Assembly (NCBI GenBank): GCA_020443245.1
Contig: JAGRIN010000001.1
Coordinates: 1-34,324, forward strand
Source: Pseudomonadales bacterium
GTDB taxonomy: Bacteria > Pseudomonadota > Gammaproteobacteria > Pseudomonadales > Azotimanducaceae
Direction of reading: 5' to 3'
Length of the DNA: 34,324 nucleotides
Positions within the stretch are counted from its first letter, which is position 1, and the number at the start of each line of letters is the position of its first letter. Positions 18,411 to 27,326 of the stretch are shown piece by piece. Position numbers and translations under genes: made by a program. Below the pieces are notes generated by a model that saw only the letters and a list, made by a program, of their open reading frames with translations, was not told the origin of the DNA and ran no database searches.

Positions 18411-18464
18411 CGCGCCTGGAAGGCCGTGGGGCCGCGCCATACAAGGCCTGTATGCCCGTGAGCG

Positions 18465-19658
18465 CTAGAGCACCTGGGACGACAGGCTGATTTTTGCGTT
18501 CTTTTTCGGGGCTGTCAGGGCGTTCAGTACCTCGAAATCGAGGGCAATCCCGGCAACCTTTGCCGGAGTCTTGACCTCGAGGGGCACAGAACCGTGCGCC
18601 GGCACTTCCACGTAGTCGGTATCGCCATAGAAAGTGTAGCGGCTGAGGTTCCGGAGCCGGAAGGTGGCGTCCGAATTGTTGTCGAGCGTAACCCTGAGAA
18701 TTTGTTGACCCTCTGGATAACTCGCGCTTTTGATTGTCAGGCAGGCCTGCAACAAGGGATCGAGATGTTCCTCGCGCCCGATCAGCATGTTTTTGAACCA
18801 GACCACGGTGCGTCTGTCGAACAGCGCCCGCTTGATCGCGTCCTCGCTCTTGTCTTCTGCGAGCACCAGCGTCACGGGCCGATGACCACCTTGTTCCGGC
18901 TGGTAATCCCAGTCGATCAGGTTGTGGATGTCAGAGACGCCGAGCAGCGTCAGGTTGTAGTCGAGTGCGATCTGGAATGCCTCTTCCGAGTAGCTGTCCC
19001 CGTTTGCGATCTCGATGCCGTGCAGCAGGTGTGCGCGCGCGTTCTTTTTGTGAAAGTTCGGGATCTTCACAATCCCGTTGGGGAAGTCGCGGGTCCACCA
19101 GGCGTGATTCCAGAACACGAACGCGCCCTGGGCATTGGCGGCGGCCACCGCGTTCTGCGCGGGCCACGCATTCGCAGTGGCGTAATATTTGCGCACGTCG
19201 ACAGGGCCGTCAGGGACCTGCACCTGTAGCAGCTTGTTAGCATCCTGGATGAACAGGGCGTTCATGTGTCCTGCCGGAGCATCCCGGGTTATCTCACTGC
19301 CGGCGATGACGACGAGACCGGTATCTTTGGCCGCCGCACTTGCTTCCTCAAAAGATCGGTTGCGGTCAGGATGGGGAATGTCGCGCAGGTGAGGCTGGTA
19401 CTCGAGATGTTCGGTAATCGCAATGGCGTCAAGGCCGTCACGAAGTGCCTCGCCAATGCGGATATTTGGCCAGACATGCCCGTCAGAGAAGACCGAGTGA
19501 GTGTGAGGATCCAGAACGATGGTCTTCATCCCGGCCGTGTCCGGGAACTGGATCATCCTGTCGGTTTCGACGCCCGATTCCGGGTTGGCGGGACCGTGCC
19601 CCAACGCCGTTTGTGCTGCCAACAGGCAAAATGTACCGATGATGTACCGCATGTTCAT
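18465..19658 (-). CDS. Secreted PHP-domain metal-dependent phosphoesterase (resembles the Sb-PDE-type phosphodiesterase family)
   Basis: Start at ATG 19658 gives signal peptide MNMRYIIGTFCLLAAQTALG. PHP motif I DPHTHSVFSDG, then AITEHLEY and further His/Asp positions. About 100 aa of beta-rich C-terminal extension. The upstream 29 codons in the track look non-coding. Confidence 0.8.
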   Translation of the reverse strand: MNMRYIIGTFCLLAAQTALGHGPANPESGVETDRMIQFPDTAGMKTIVLDPHTHSVFSDGHVWPNIRIGEALRDGLDAIAITEHLEYQPHLRDIPHPDRNRSFEEASAAAKDTGLVVIAGSEITRDAPAGHMNALFIQDANKLLQVQVPDGPVDVRKYYATANAWPAQNAVAAANAQGAFVFWNHAWWTRDFPNGIVKIPNFHKKNARAHLLHGIEIANGDSYSEEAFQIALDYNLTLLGVSDIHNLIDWDYQPEQGGHRPVTLVLAEDKSEDAIKRALFDRRTVVWFKNMLIGREEHLDPLLQACLTIKSASYPEGQQILRVTLDNNSDATFRLRNLSRYTFYGDTDYVEVPAHGSVPLEVKTPAKVAGIALDFEVLNALTAPKKNAKISLSSQVL

Positions 19659-19807
19659 GTGAGTCTCGCCCGCGTTTGTCAGTGTTGTCGCTCGCGCCAT
19701 TTTGCGCCCGCGTTGCACAAAATAAATGAAGATCCGGTAAAACACGATGGGCTTTCCGATGGCGTATGATAATCCGTATCGGCGACTCTGCCCTGGGGGA
19801 CTATCCT

Positions 19808-20308
19808 GTGAGAAAAGTACTCAAGTGGTTCGGTATCGTGCTGCTCGCGATCGTACTGGCGATCGGTGCTTTCCTTCTCTATGCGCATCTGCACGACGGG
19901 CCGATCGGGATCGTCAGTGGAGGTGAATTCCAGTCCGGCGAAAAGGCCGCGCTGCCGGGCGACTTCTCCTGGGTGCGGGACTATCCGACAATCGAGTTCC
20001 AGACTTTCGCTCCGGTCTCGTCCCGCACGGTCTGGGTCGCGACAATTTCGGGTCGTCTCTTCGTCATCAGCGGTTACATGAATACCGGATATGGCAAGAT
20101 CTGGAAACAGTGGCCCCACTACATTGCGCAAGACGATCGCGTCGTGCTGCGCATTGACGGCAAGCTTTACGCCGGACACCTGAAGCGCATACAGCAGGGC
20201 AGCATCGTCCAGCCGGTGCTGGATGAATTCGGTCGCAAGTACGGGTTCAAGGCGTCCGCCGACTACATTCGGGACGGCAACGCGTGGCTCTTCGAGTTTA
20301 CTCCCTGA
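19808..20308 (+). CDS. Membrane-anchored hypothetical protein (single N-terminal TM helix)
   Basis: GTG 19808 lies 7 nt after GGGGGA. VRKVLKWFGIVLLAIVLAIGAFLLYA forms a TM anchor. The remainder (WVATISGRLFVISGYMNTGYGKIWKQWPHYI...VVLRIDGKLYAG) is loosely reminiscent of split-beta-barrel (DUF385/PNPOx-like) proteins. Confidence 0.55.
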   Translation: MRKVLKWFGIVLLAIVLAIGAFLLYAHLHDGPIGIVSGGEFQSGEKAALPGDFSWVRDYPTIEFQTFAPVSSRTVWVATISGRLFVISGYMNTGYGKIWKQWPHYIAQDDRVVLRIDGKLYAGHLKRIQQGSIVQPVLDEFGRKYGFKASADYIRDGNAWLFEFTP

Positions 20309-20320
20309 GTTGAACCTGAC

Positions 20321-20956
20321 TCACTTCCAGGCAAAGACAGGCTGGTCGAAATGCGAAACGCGCGTTTTCAGCCCGCGAAGCGCGACCTCACGGAACTGGT
20401 ACAACATTGCCGCCGTCGGGGCGTAAATCCGGTTGTCCTGGTAATTCATCGATAACACCTGTCTCTCGCTCTCCGGGATGCGCTCGAGGTTGGGTGAGTC
20501 CCGTCGCATGAGTTCGTCGAACGTGAACGCGTGGATTGACGCGACCTCGTCCGGGTTGGGCGACATGTCCTCGAGCGTGGCATCGGACCACACGACAACC
20601 GGTGTGATGACGAATCCCGAGCGCGTCGTGTAGTCATCCAGCGTACCGAGAATCGCCGTGTCCGGAAGTGCGAGCCCGATTTCCTCGTGCAGTTCGCGGA
20701 GCGAGGCCTGGTATGCGTTTTCGCCGCCATCGATGCGCCCGCCCGGCATGGCCCATTGACCACCATGGTCCTTCAGCCTCGGCGTTCGCTTCGTCACGAT
20801 CACGGCGCCTTGGCCTTCGTGCGAAAAGATCGTGACGGCGACAGCGGCGCCGGTCAGTTCATGTGGGTCGTGTCGACCGTCGTTGAATGCCGTCACGTTC
20901 CGGGCGATCTGCTGCCGCAGGCGGTCGTCGAACGTGAAATCGTCAATCGGTGACAT
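20321..20956 (-). CDS. NUDIX hydrolase, CoA-pyrophosphatase-like
   Basis: Nudix box GGRIDGGENAYQASLRELHEEIGL, preceded by TKRTPRLKDHGGQWAMPGG as in the NudL/NUDT7 subfamily. Confidence 0.85.
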   Translation of the reverse strand: MSPIDDFTFDDRLRQQIARNVTAFNDGRHDPHELTGAAVAVTIFSHEGQGAVIVTKRTPRLKDHGGQWAMPGGRIDGGENAYQASLRELHEEIGLALPDTAILGTLDDYTTRSGFVITPVVVWSDATLEDMSPNPDEVASIHAFTFDELMRRDSPNLERIPESERQVLSMNYQDNRIYAPTAAMLYQFREVALRGLKTRVSHFDQPVFAWK

Positions 20957-21035
20957 ATCACTTCCACTGCGTCAAAACCGGGACAGTATTCAAATAATGT
21001 AGAATCGACGCAATGTGTTTCTGCGGGAGTGTTCC

Positions 21036-22637
21036 ATGTACGACTACATCATCGTGGGTGCGGGCTCTGCCGGTTGCGTGCTGGCGAATCGTTTGTCTGC
21101 CGACCCGGCGAACCAGGTACTCCTGCTCGAAGCGGGCAAGAAAGACTCGAGTCCTTTCATTCACATGCCGGCTGGTGTGGGACAACTGATCCAGGGCAAA
21201 ACGTATAACTGGGCGTTCGATACAGCGCCTGAACCGGCACTCGGTGACCGGCGCCTTTACTGGCCGAGAGGAAAGGGGCTGGGTGGCTCCAGTTCGATCA
21301 ACGGCATGGTCTACATCCGTGGGCATGCGCAGGACTACGACCGTTGGCGACAGCTCGGCAACGAAGGCTGGAGCTATGAGGAAGTCTTGCCGTACTTCCG
21401 CAAGTCTATGAACCAGGAGCGCGGCGAAGACGCGTTTCACGGGGTTGGCGGGCCGCTGAATGTGAAGGACGGCCACGCCAGTCTCGGTTCGCACAGTATG
21501 TTCATCGAGGCCGCACAGGAAGCCGGCTATCCGTACAATCCCGATTTCAACGGCGTGGAGCAGGAAGGGGTCGGCCCCTACCAACTCACGAAGATCGGTA
21601 ACGAGCGCTGCAGCGCCGCGCGGGGATACCTGACGCCGGTGCTGGATCGTGAAAACCTGACTGTGATCACAGGGGCGCATCTCGAACGCGTGCTTTTCGA
21701 AGGCAAGCGTGCGTGTGGCGTGCAGGTCAGCGTCTCCGGCAACTCGAGTACCGAGGAGGCCGCCCGCGAAGTGATCATCTGCGCGGGTGCAGTGCAGTCG
21801 CCGCAACTACTGATGTTGAGCGGGATCGGTTCGCGCGAAGAGCTCGCGGCACACGGCATCGATTGCCTTCATGACCTGCCCGGTGTGGGCAAGAACCTTC
21901 AGGACCACCTGGATGTTGTTATCCAGTACCACTGCAAGGACGGCAACCTCACGCTCGACAAGTACGTGAAGCTCTACAAGCTGCCGTATCACCTGGTTCG
22001 CTACCTGCTCTTCAAGGACGGTCGCGCAACCGAGAATCCGCTCGAAGCCGGCGGCTTCGTCAAGACTCGTCCTGATCTCGAGGTGCCGGATCTGCAGCTG
22101 CATTTCATCCCTGTGTTCATGATCGATCATGGTCGCCAACGGGGGCCGGGACCTGGCATGTGCCTGCACGTCTGCCAGTTACGGCCCGAGAGCCGCGGCG
22201 AGATCACGATCTCATCGAATGATCCCTTCGCTGCGCCGGTCATCAAGGCGAATTACCTGAGTGAACCGGGTGACCTTGAAGTGCTTGTCGAAGGCGTGAA
22301 AATCGCGCGACGCATTTTTGCGACCGAGGTTTTCCGGCCGGTGTTGGGCGAGGAATTCGAGCAGAGCCGTGACGCGCAGACCGACGATGAAATCAAGGAT
22401 TTCATCAGGCAGTACGCGGAAACGATTTACCACCCCGTCGGCACGTGCAAGATGGGCCACGACGACATGGCAGTAGTCGATGCGCGACTGCGCGTACGGG
22501 GCATAGAACGGCTACGTGTCGTCGACGCGTCGGTCATGCCCACGCTCGTCGGCGGCAACACGAACGCGCCGACGATCATGATTGCGGAGAAGGCCGCCGA
22601 GATGATCATGGGCGACAACGCCTACGAAGCCGACTGA
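21036..22637 (+). CDS. GMC family FAD oxidoreductase (choline/alcohol dehydrogenase-like)
   Basis: ATG 21036 lies 6 nt after GGGAG. YDYIIVGAGSAGCVLANRLS, GMC signature GLGGSSSINGMVYIRG, and C-terminal HPVGTCKMG and RVVDASVMP. Confidence 0.9.
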   Translation: MYDYIIVGAGSAGCVLANRLSADPANQVLLLEAGKKDSSPFIHMPAGVGQLIQGKTYNWAFDTAPEPALGDRRLYWPRGKGLGGSSSINGMVYIRGHAQDYDRWRQLGNEGWSYEEVLPYFRKSMNQERGEDAFHGVGGPLNVKDGHASLGSHSMFIEAAQEAGYPYNPDFNGVEQEGVGPYQLTKIGNERCSAARGYLTPVLDRENLTVITGAHLERVLFEGKRACGVQVSVSGNSSTEEAAREVIICAGAVQSPQLLMLSGIGSREELAAHGIDCLHDLPGVGKNLQDHLDVVIQYHCKDGNLTLDKYVKLYKLPYHLVRYLLFKDGRATENPLEAGGFVKTRPDLEVPDLQLHFIPVFMIDHGRQRGPGPGMCLHVCQLRPESRGEITISSNDPFAAPVIKANYLSEPGDLEVLVEGVKIARRIFATEVFRPVLGEEFEQSRDAQTDDEIKDFIRQYAETIYHPVGTCKMGHDDMAVVDARLRVRGIERLRVVDASVMPTLVGGNTNAPTIMIAEKAAEMIMGDNAYEAD

Positions 22638-22674
22638 GCGACGCCGGGCGTTGTCTTGCGCCCTCGGGGTCCGG

Positions 22675-24318
22675 TCAGGCGGTACGCAAGTCCGGCAACC
22701 TGTAGCGTTGGTCCTCGAGGTCGGCACGGATCTTCTTCTTGTCAATCTTGCCGGTCGACGTGAGGGGAATCTGGTCGACGAAGATGACGTCGTCCGGAAG
22801 CTGCCACTTCGCGAATACGCCGGCGCAATGTTCGAGAATCAACTCTCTCGTAACGTTTGCGCCGTCGGCAGCAATGACCAGTGCCACGGGCCTCTCGTCC
22901 CACTTGGGATGTGGTTGCGCCACGACGGCTGCCTGGTTTACGCCCGGTAGCGACACAATATGATTTTCGAGGTCGACCGAAGAGATCCATTCCCCACCTG
23001 ATTTGATCAGATCCTTTGAGCGGTCGGCGATAATCAGGTATTCCTCGGGATCGATCTTCGCGACGTCGCCGGTGACCAGCCAGCCGTCATGGAATTTTTC
23101 CGGCTGGGGATCGTTGTAATACTCTGCCGCAATCCAGGGGCCGCGAATGAGGAGTTCGCCGACTGATTCACCATCGTGCGGCAGGGGATTCCACTCTTCG
23201 TCGAAGATCTCTATCTCGAGTCCCGGCATGAGCAGGCCGGCCTTCGCCACGTTCTCGAACTGCTCGTCTTCGGTGAGGTGCAGGTGCGATCTCTTGGCGA
23301 CCTTGCGTGACAAGGTCCCGAGCGGGTTGGTCTCCGTCATGCCCCATCCCTGTACCATCTCGACGCCGTAAGTGTCCCAGTACCAGCGCATCATCGACAC
23401 GGGCGGTGCGGAACCGCCGCAGGTCAGGCGAGACAGCTTGCTGAGATCGTAATCAGCGCCGTTTTGCTCCAGGATCTGTCGCACTCCCTGCCAGATCGTC
23501 GGCACGCCGGCGGAAATCGTCACTTCCTCGTCGCACATCAGGCTGAGCAACTTGTCAGGCGTCATGAACCGGTGCGGCATAACCTGTTTGCAGCCCAGCA
23601 TCGATGCGCTGAACGGCAGTCCCCAACCCATGGCGTGGAACATCGGCACGATGCCACAAACGGAATCGAGCGCGGTCAGCCCCATGCAATCCGTCATGCT
23701 CTGGGTAATTGTGTGCAGGTACGTCGAACGGTTGGTATACATGACCCCCTTGGGCTTGCCGGTCGTACCGCTCGTGTAGCACAGGCCCATCGGGGCATTT
23801 TCGTCGATCTCCGGCCATGGATAGTCGACATCCTCCCCGGATATGAACTCCTCGTAGTCGACAACATTGGGGAACGATGTCTCGCCGCCTTCGCCGTGAC
23901 GACAAACGACCAACAATTCCACGGTGGGGATCTTACCGACGAGAGGCTCCAGCAGGGGTAGCAGGTCCTCATCGGCAAAGATCACGCGATCGCGGGCGTG
24001 GTTGATGATGTACTCGAGATCCGTTGGCGAGAGCCGGATGTTCAGCGTATGCAGCACCGCGCCCATGGAAGGGACACCCTGGTACAGTTCAAGGTGGCGA
24101 TAGTTATTCCACATGAACGACCCGATGCGGTCGCCGACCTCGATACCGTGCCTTGCGAGCGCGCCGGCAACCTGGCCCGCGCGTTGCCAGGTTGCCCGGA
24201 GCGTTTGGCGGTGAGTGCCATTCGCCTGGAGTGTGACGACTTCATTATTGGGATCGAGCTTCGCGCCGCGGCCCAGTATCCGGGACATGAGCAGGGGCGT
24301 CTGTTGCATCGTTGACAT
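22675..24318 (-). CDS. Long/medium-chain fatty-acid-CoA ligase (AMP-binding)
   Basis: 547 aa. LCYTSGTTGKPKGVMYTN, QGWGMTE, WLVTGDVA, RSKDLIKSGGEWIS and C-terminal TSTGKIDKK. Confidence 0.9.
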   Translation of the reverse strand: MSTMQQTPLLMSRILGRGAKLDPNNEVVTLQANGTHRQTLRATWQRAGQVAGALARHGIEVGDRIGSFMWNNYRHLELYQGVPSMGAVLHTLNIRLSPTDLEYIINHARDRVIFADEDLLPLLEPLVGKIPTVELLVVCRHGEGGETSFPNVVDYEEFISGEDVDYPWPEIDENAPMGLCYTSGTTGKPKGVMYTNRSTYLHTITQSMTDCMGLTALDSVCGIVPMFHAMGWGLPFSASMLGCKQVMPHRFMTPDKLLSLMCDEEVTISAGVPTIWQGVRQILEQNGADYDLSKLSRLTCGGSAPPVSMMRWYWDTYGVEMVQGWGMTETNPLGTLSRKVAKRSHLHLTEDEQFENVAKAGLLMPGLEIEIFDEEWNPLPHDGESVGELLIRGPWIAAEYYNDPQPEKFHDGWLVTGDVAKIDPEEYLIIADRSKDLIKSGGEWISSVDLENHIVSLPGVNQAAVVAQPHPKWDERPVALVIAADGANVTRELILEHCAGVFAKWQLPDDVIFVDQIPLTSTGKIDKKKIRADLEDQRYRLPDLRTA

Positions 24319-24464
24319 GAGTCGACTCCTCGTTCTGGTCAGCGAAAATCCGCGACAGAATATCGGAATTCGGCGGGATTATGAATCTCCCGTGGCGCAG
24401 GGCGCAGGCTGGTGGGGCCGGGCGAGACGCGATATATTGGCTTGAATCGAGGATCGAGGCGGTA

Positions 24465-25880
24465 ATGACAGACCTGACAGCGCGCGGTAACGCCGAAACA
24501 CAAGCGGGAGTTGTCGGCGCTGACCGGCTGAAGTGGAGCGTCATCGTCGCCTATGGCGCACCCGGTGTGGGCGCAGGATATATGTACCTGCTGCTCGGCC
24601 TTTACATTATGAAGTTCTCCACGGACGTGCTGCTGATTGCGCCGGCCGTGATGGGCACCATCTTCGGGATTTCCCGTGTCTGGGACGCGGTGTCCGACCC
24701 GCTTGTGGGCTACATGAGCGACCGGACGAGTTCCAGGCTGGGGCGGCGCCGCTCCTGGCTCTTGTTCAGCATCGTGCCCCTCTCGCTGACCTTCATCTGG
24801 GTCTTCTCACCCCCCGAATCGATGACGGGCGTCGCCCTGATCGCCTGGATGGCTTTCGGTGTCATCGGCTTCTACTCGGCGGCGACCGTTTTCATCGTGC
24901 CGCACATGTCGCTCGGCGCCGAGCTCACGCCGAACTATCACGAGCGCAGTCGCCTTTATGGATTGCGACACGCCGCATTCACAGCGGGCTCGATTTTCGC
25001 GCTCGTCAGTATGTACCTGCTCATTGCGGCCGAACAGAAAGGCGAATCCGTTGTTCGATTGACGGCATTCCAGCTCAGCACCTTCGCCTCCGTGCTGACG
25101 GCCGTGCTGATCTTCTATGCGGTCTACAAGTTGCGCGAGCGCGCGGACTTCCAGGGGAGGGTGAATGCTAACCCTTTTGGTGCGTTCAATGATGTGTGGC
25201 AAAACGTCCACGCTCGCCTCGTCATCATCGCGACGTTCATCGAGAACATCGGCAGTGCCGTCATCGGCATCCTGACGCTCTACATTGCGCAGTATGTGGT
25301 CGGCCGACCGGAGCTTGCCGCGTTCATCATTCTTTCCTATATGGTGCCGTCCACGTTCTCGGTTCCGCTCTGGATACCGCTTTCGCGCCGCTTCGGAAAG
25401 ATCCGGCTCTGGGTATTCTCGCTACTGCTGACAGGTGTGTCGTTTGGCGGGATGTTCCTGCTGCCGTTCCTTGAGCAGGGCTCGCGCGTCGGCCTCATTT
25501 TCTTCCTTGCAGTGTTTGCCGGGCTTGCGGCCGGTTGCGGCGGCACGATCGCGCCGTCGATCCAGAGCGACATCATCGACTACGACGAATACATGACCGG
25601 CGAACGAAAGGAGGGGTCGTATTTTGCCGCCTTCAACTTCGTCTACAAGAGCGCGACCGGTGTGATGATCTTCATCGCGGGATATGTCTTGCAGTTCGCC
25701 GGGTTCGTGCCGAACCAGGAGCAGACGATGACCGTACAGGTCGCTATGGTCACGTTGTACGGACTGTTTCCGCTGGTGTGCTGCACGATCGGTGCGATCA
25801 TGCTCACGAGGCTGACGCTCGACGAGGCAGCCCACAGCAAGCTGCGCGAAGAACTCGACGCACGCGCATCAGCAGGTTGA
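24465..25880 (+). CDS. MFS_2 / GPH-family (glycoside-pentoside-hexuronide-type) cation symporter
   Basis: ATG 24465 (MTDLTARG). About 12 TM helices. The loop WDAVSDPLVGYMSDRTSSRLGRRRSW is the GPH family signature. Confidence 0.85.
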   Translation: MTDLTARGNAETQAGVVGADRLKWSVIVAYGAPGVGAGYMYLLLGLYIMKFSTDVLLIAPAVMGTIFGISRVWDAVSDPLVGYMSDRTSSRLGRRRSWLLFSIVPLSLTFIWVFSPPESMTGVALIAWMAFGVIGFYSAATVFIVPHMSLGAELTPNYHERSRLYGLRHAAFTAGSIFALVSMYLLIAAEQKGESVVRLTAFQLSTFASVLTAVLIFYAVYKLRERADFQGRVNANPFGAFNDVWQNVHARLVIIATFIENIGSAVIGILTLYIAQYVVGRPELAAFIILSYMVPSTFSVPLWIPLSRRFGKIRLWVFSLLLTGVSFGGMFLLPFLEQGSRVGLIFFLAVFAGLAAGCGGTIAPSIQSDIIDYDEYMTGERKEGSYFAAFNFVYKSATGVMIFIAGYVLQFAGFVPNQEQTMTVQVAMVTLYGLFPLVCCTIGAIMLTRLTLDEAAHSKLREELDARASAG

Positions 25881-25899
25881 CGCCCGCTGCGGGGTAGTC

Positions 25900-26838
25900 T
25901 CAGGGTGTCGTGCTCTCGAGGCGCCGCGACAGTTTCCGGTGGAAGTAGACCGTTTCGATGGTGAACAGGACCAGCGCAACCCATATGCAACTGAAGGTCA
26001 CGATCCTGTCGATGCCGAACGGCTCCCCGTAGAGGGTGACGGCAACGACAAGGGACAGGCTCGGGGCGATGTACTGGAACATCCCGGCAGCGGTCAGTGA
26101 CAGGCGATTCACTGCCGCCGCGAAACAGAGCAGCGGGAAGGACGTGACAAAACCGGCCATGATGAGCAGGAAGTCGGTGGTGCGATCCACATGCAGGAAC
26201 TGCATCTCGCCGGATTGCGCAAGGTAGATGAGATATCCGAGCGCGAACGGGGCGATGACCAGTGTTTCGAGCGCGAGTCCACCGACTGAATGCAGGCCCA
26301 GGTTTTTCCTGATCAGGCCATAGAACCCGAATCTGAAGGCGAGCGCTAGCGCCAGATATGGAACACGCGCATACCATACGAGCTGGAAGGCGATGCCGAT
26401 ACCGGCGATGCCGATCGCCATGATCTGCAGGGGGCGCAGGCGTTCTTTCAGGAAGAGCATCCCCAGCAAGACACTGACGAGCGGATTGATGAAGTAGCCG
26501 AGGCTGGTTTCGACGATGTTGTTGTTGACCACAGCCCAGATGAAGATGGACCAGTTGATCGTCAAGAGCCCCGCGGTCGCAGCGATGATCGGCCACTTCC
26601 GGCGGGGTAGCCGCAATGCGTCCAGGCGACCAAGCCAAACGAGAATGCCGATGAGCAGCACGACCGACCAGACGACGCGTTGGCTGACGATCTCATAGGG
26701 ACTGACGTTGCCGACCCATTTGAAATAGATGGGTGCCACGCCCCAGAAGGAGTACGCCGCGATGGCGAACCAGGCACCGGTCAGAGTCTGCTTTTCGAAC
26801 ACATCGCACCCCCGGAAGAGCCGGCACTCTAAAGGCAC
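25900..26838 (-). CDS. rarD: EamA/DMT family transporter, RarD-like
   Basis: About 10 TM helices with a duplicated EamA architecture. N-terminus GAWFAIAAYSFWGVAPIYFKWV is typical of RarD. The exact start is uncertain. Confidence 0.8.
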   Translation of the reverse strand: MPLECRLFRGCDVFEKQTLTGAWFAIAAYSFWGVAPIYFKWVGNVSPYEIVSQRVVWSVVLLIGILVWLGRLDALRLPRRKWPIIAATAGLLTINWSIFIWAVVNNNIVETSLGYFINPLVSVLLGMLFLKERLRPLQIMAIGIAGIGIAFQLVWYARVPYLALALAFRFGFYGLIRKNLGLHSVGGLALETLVIAPFALGYLIYLAQSGEMQFLHVDRTTDFLLIMAGFVTSFPLLCFAAAVNRLSLTAAGMFQYIAPSLSLVVAVTLYGEPFGIDRIVTFSCIWVALVLFTIETVYFHRKLSRRLESTTP

Positions 26839-26868
26839 CCCGGGGGTTTGGCAAGCGAGTCCGCGGTG

Positions 26869-27222
26869 TCAGAACGACTCGCGTCCTGCGTGCCGGTTCG
26901 ACATCAGGAAGTAGAATGCCAGTAACGCAGCACCGCCACAGAAGAACACAATGCCGAATGACAAGGGATCGTCTGCATCGAGCCCCGCCACGTGAATGAT
27001 CGCGAGGGCGACGCCGATCGCCATCGAAACGATACCCCACTTGAGGCTCGATTCGACGTTCTCGGGCGGGCGCTTCATGAGTCCGGCAACGACCTCGGCC
27101 GGAGCGTTCGCCGTGATGAGTTCGCGCCGGACGCGATTGTCGGAGATCCATCGTGTGACGAGTCCGACGGTGATCACGAACACAATGGGTATCGAGAGCG
27201 CGAGTATACCTTCCATATTCAT
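26869..27222 (-). CDS. Small integral membrane protein (unknown family), divergent from the ECF sigma gene
   Basis: 117 aa with three hydrophobic segments (ILALSIPIVFVITVGLV, WGIVSMAIGVALAIIHVAGL, FGIVFFCGGAALLAFYFL). The coding call rests on hydrophobic periodicity only. Confidence 0.55.
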   Translation of the reverse strand: MNMEGILALSIPIVFVITVGLVTRWISDNRVRRELITANAPAEVVAGLMKRPPENVESSLKWGIVSMAIGVALAIIHVAGLDADDPLSFGIVFFCGGAALLAFYFLMSNRHAGRESF

Positions 27223-27272
27223 ACCTGGGGGATTCGGTGAGTATTGGCTCCTTTGACGCAGGGACTGTCATC

Positions 27273-27300
27273 CCGGTTGCATCGGAATGAATGCAACCGG
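27273..27300. promoter_or_regulatory. Perfect 10-bp inverted repeat CCGGTTGCAT-N8-ATGCAACCGG just upstream of the ECF sigma gene
   Basis: Read directly from the sequence. It lies in the 104-bp divergent intergenic region. An ECF-like promoter candidate overlaps it: TGCAAC (27292-27297), N17, CGTC (27315-27318). Confidence 0.6.
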
Positions 27301-27326
27301 ATTGGCTTATCGCTCGTCTTACTGCC

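Noticed and set aside
21000-21005. A TAGAAT -10-like hexamer upstream of the GMC oxidoreductase gene.
   Set aside because: No acceptable -35 element lies at 16-18 bp spacing and there is no extended -10 TG. This is too weak to annotate as a promoter.
22638-22674. A possible bidirectional terminator between the convergent GMC and acyl-CoA ligase genes.
   Set aside because: Only a 4-bp stem (ACGC-CGG-GCGT) with no U-tract is present, which is not convincing.
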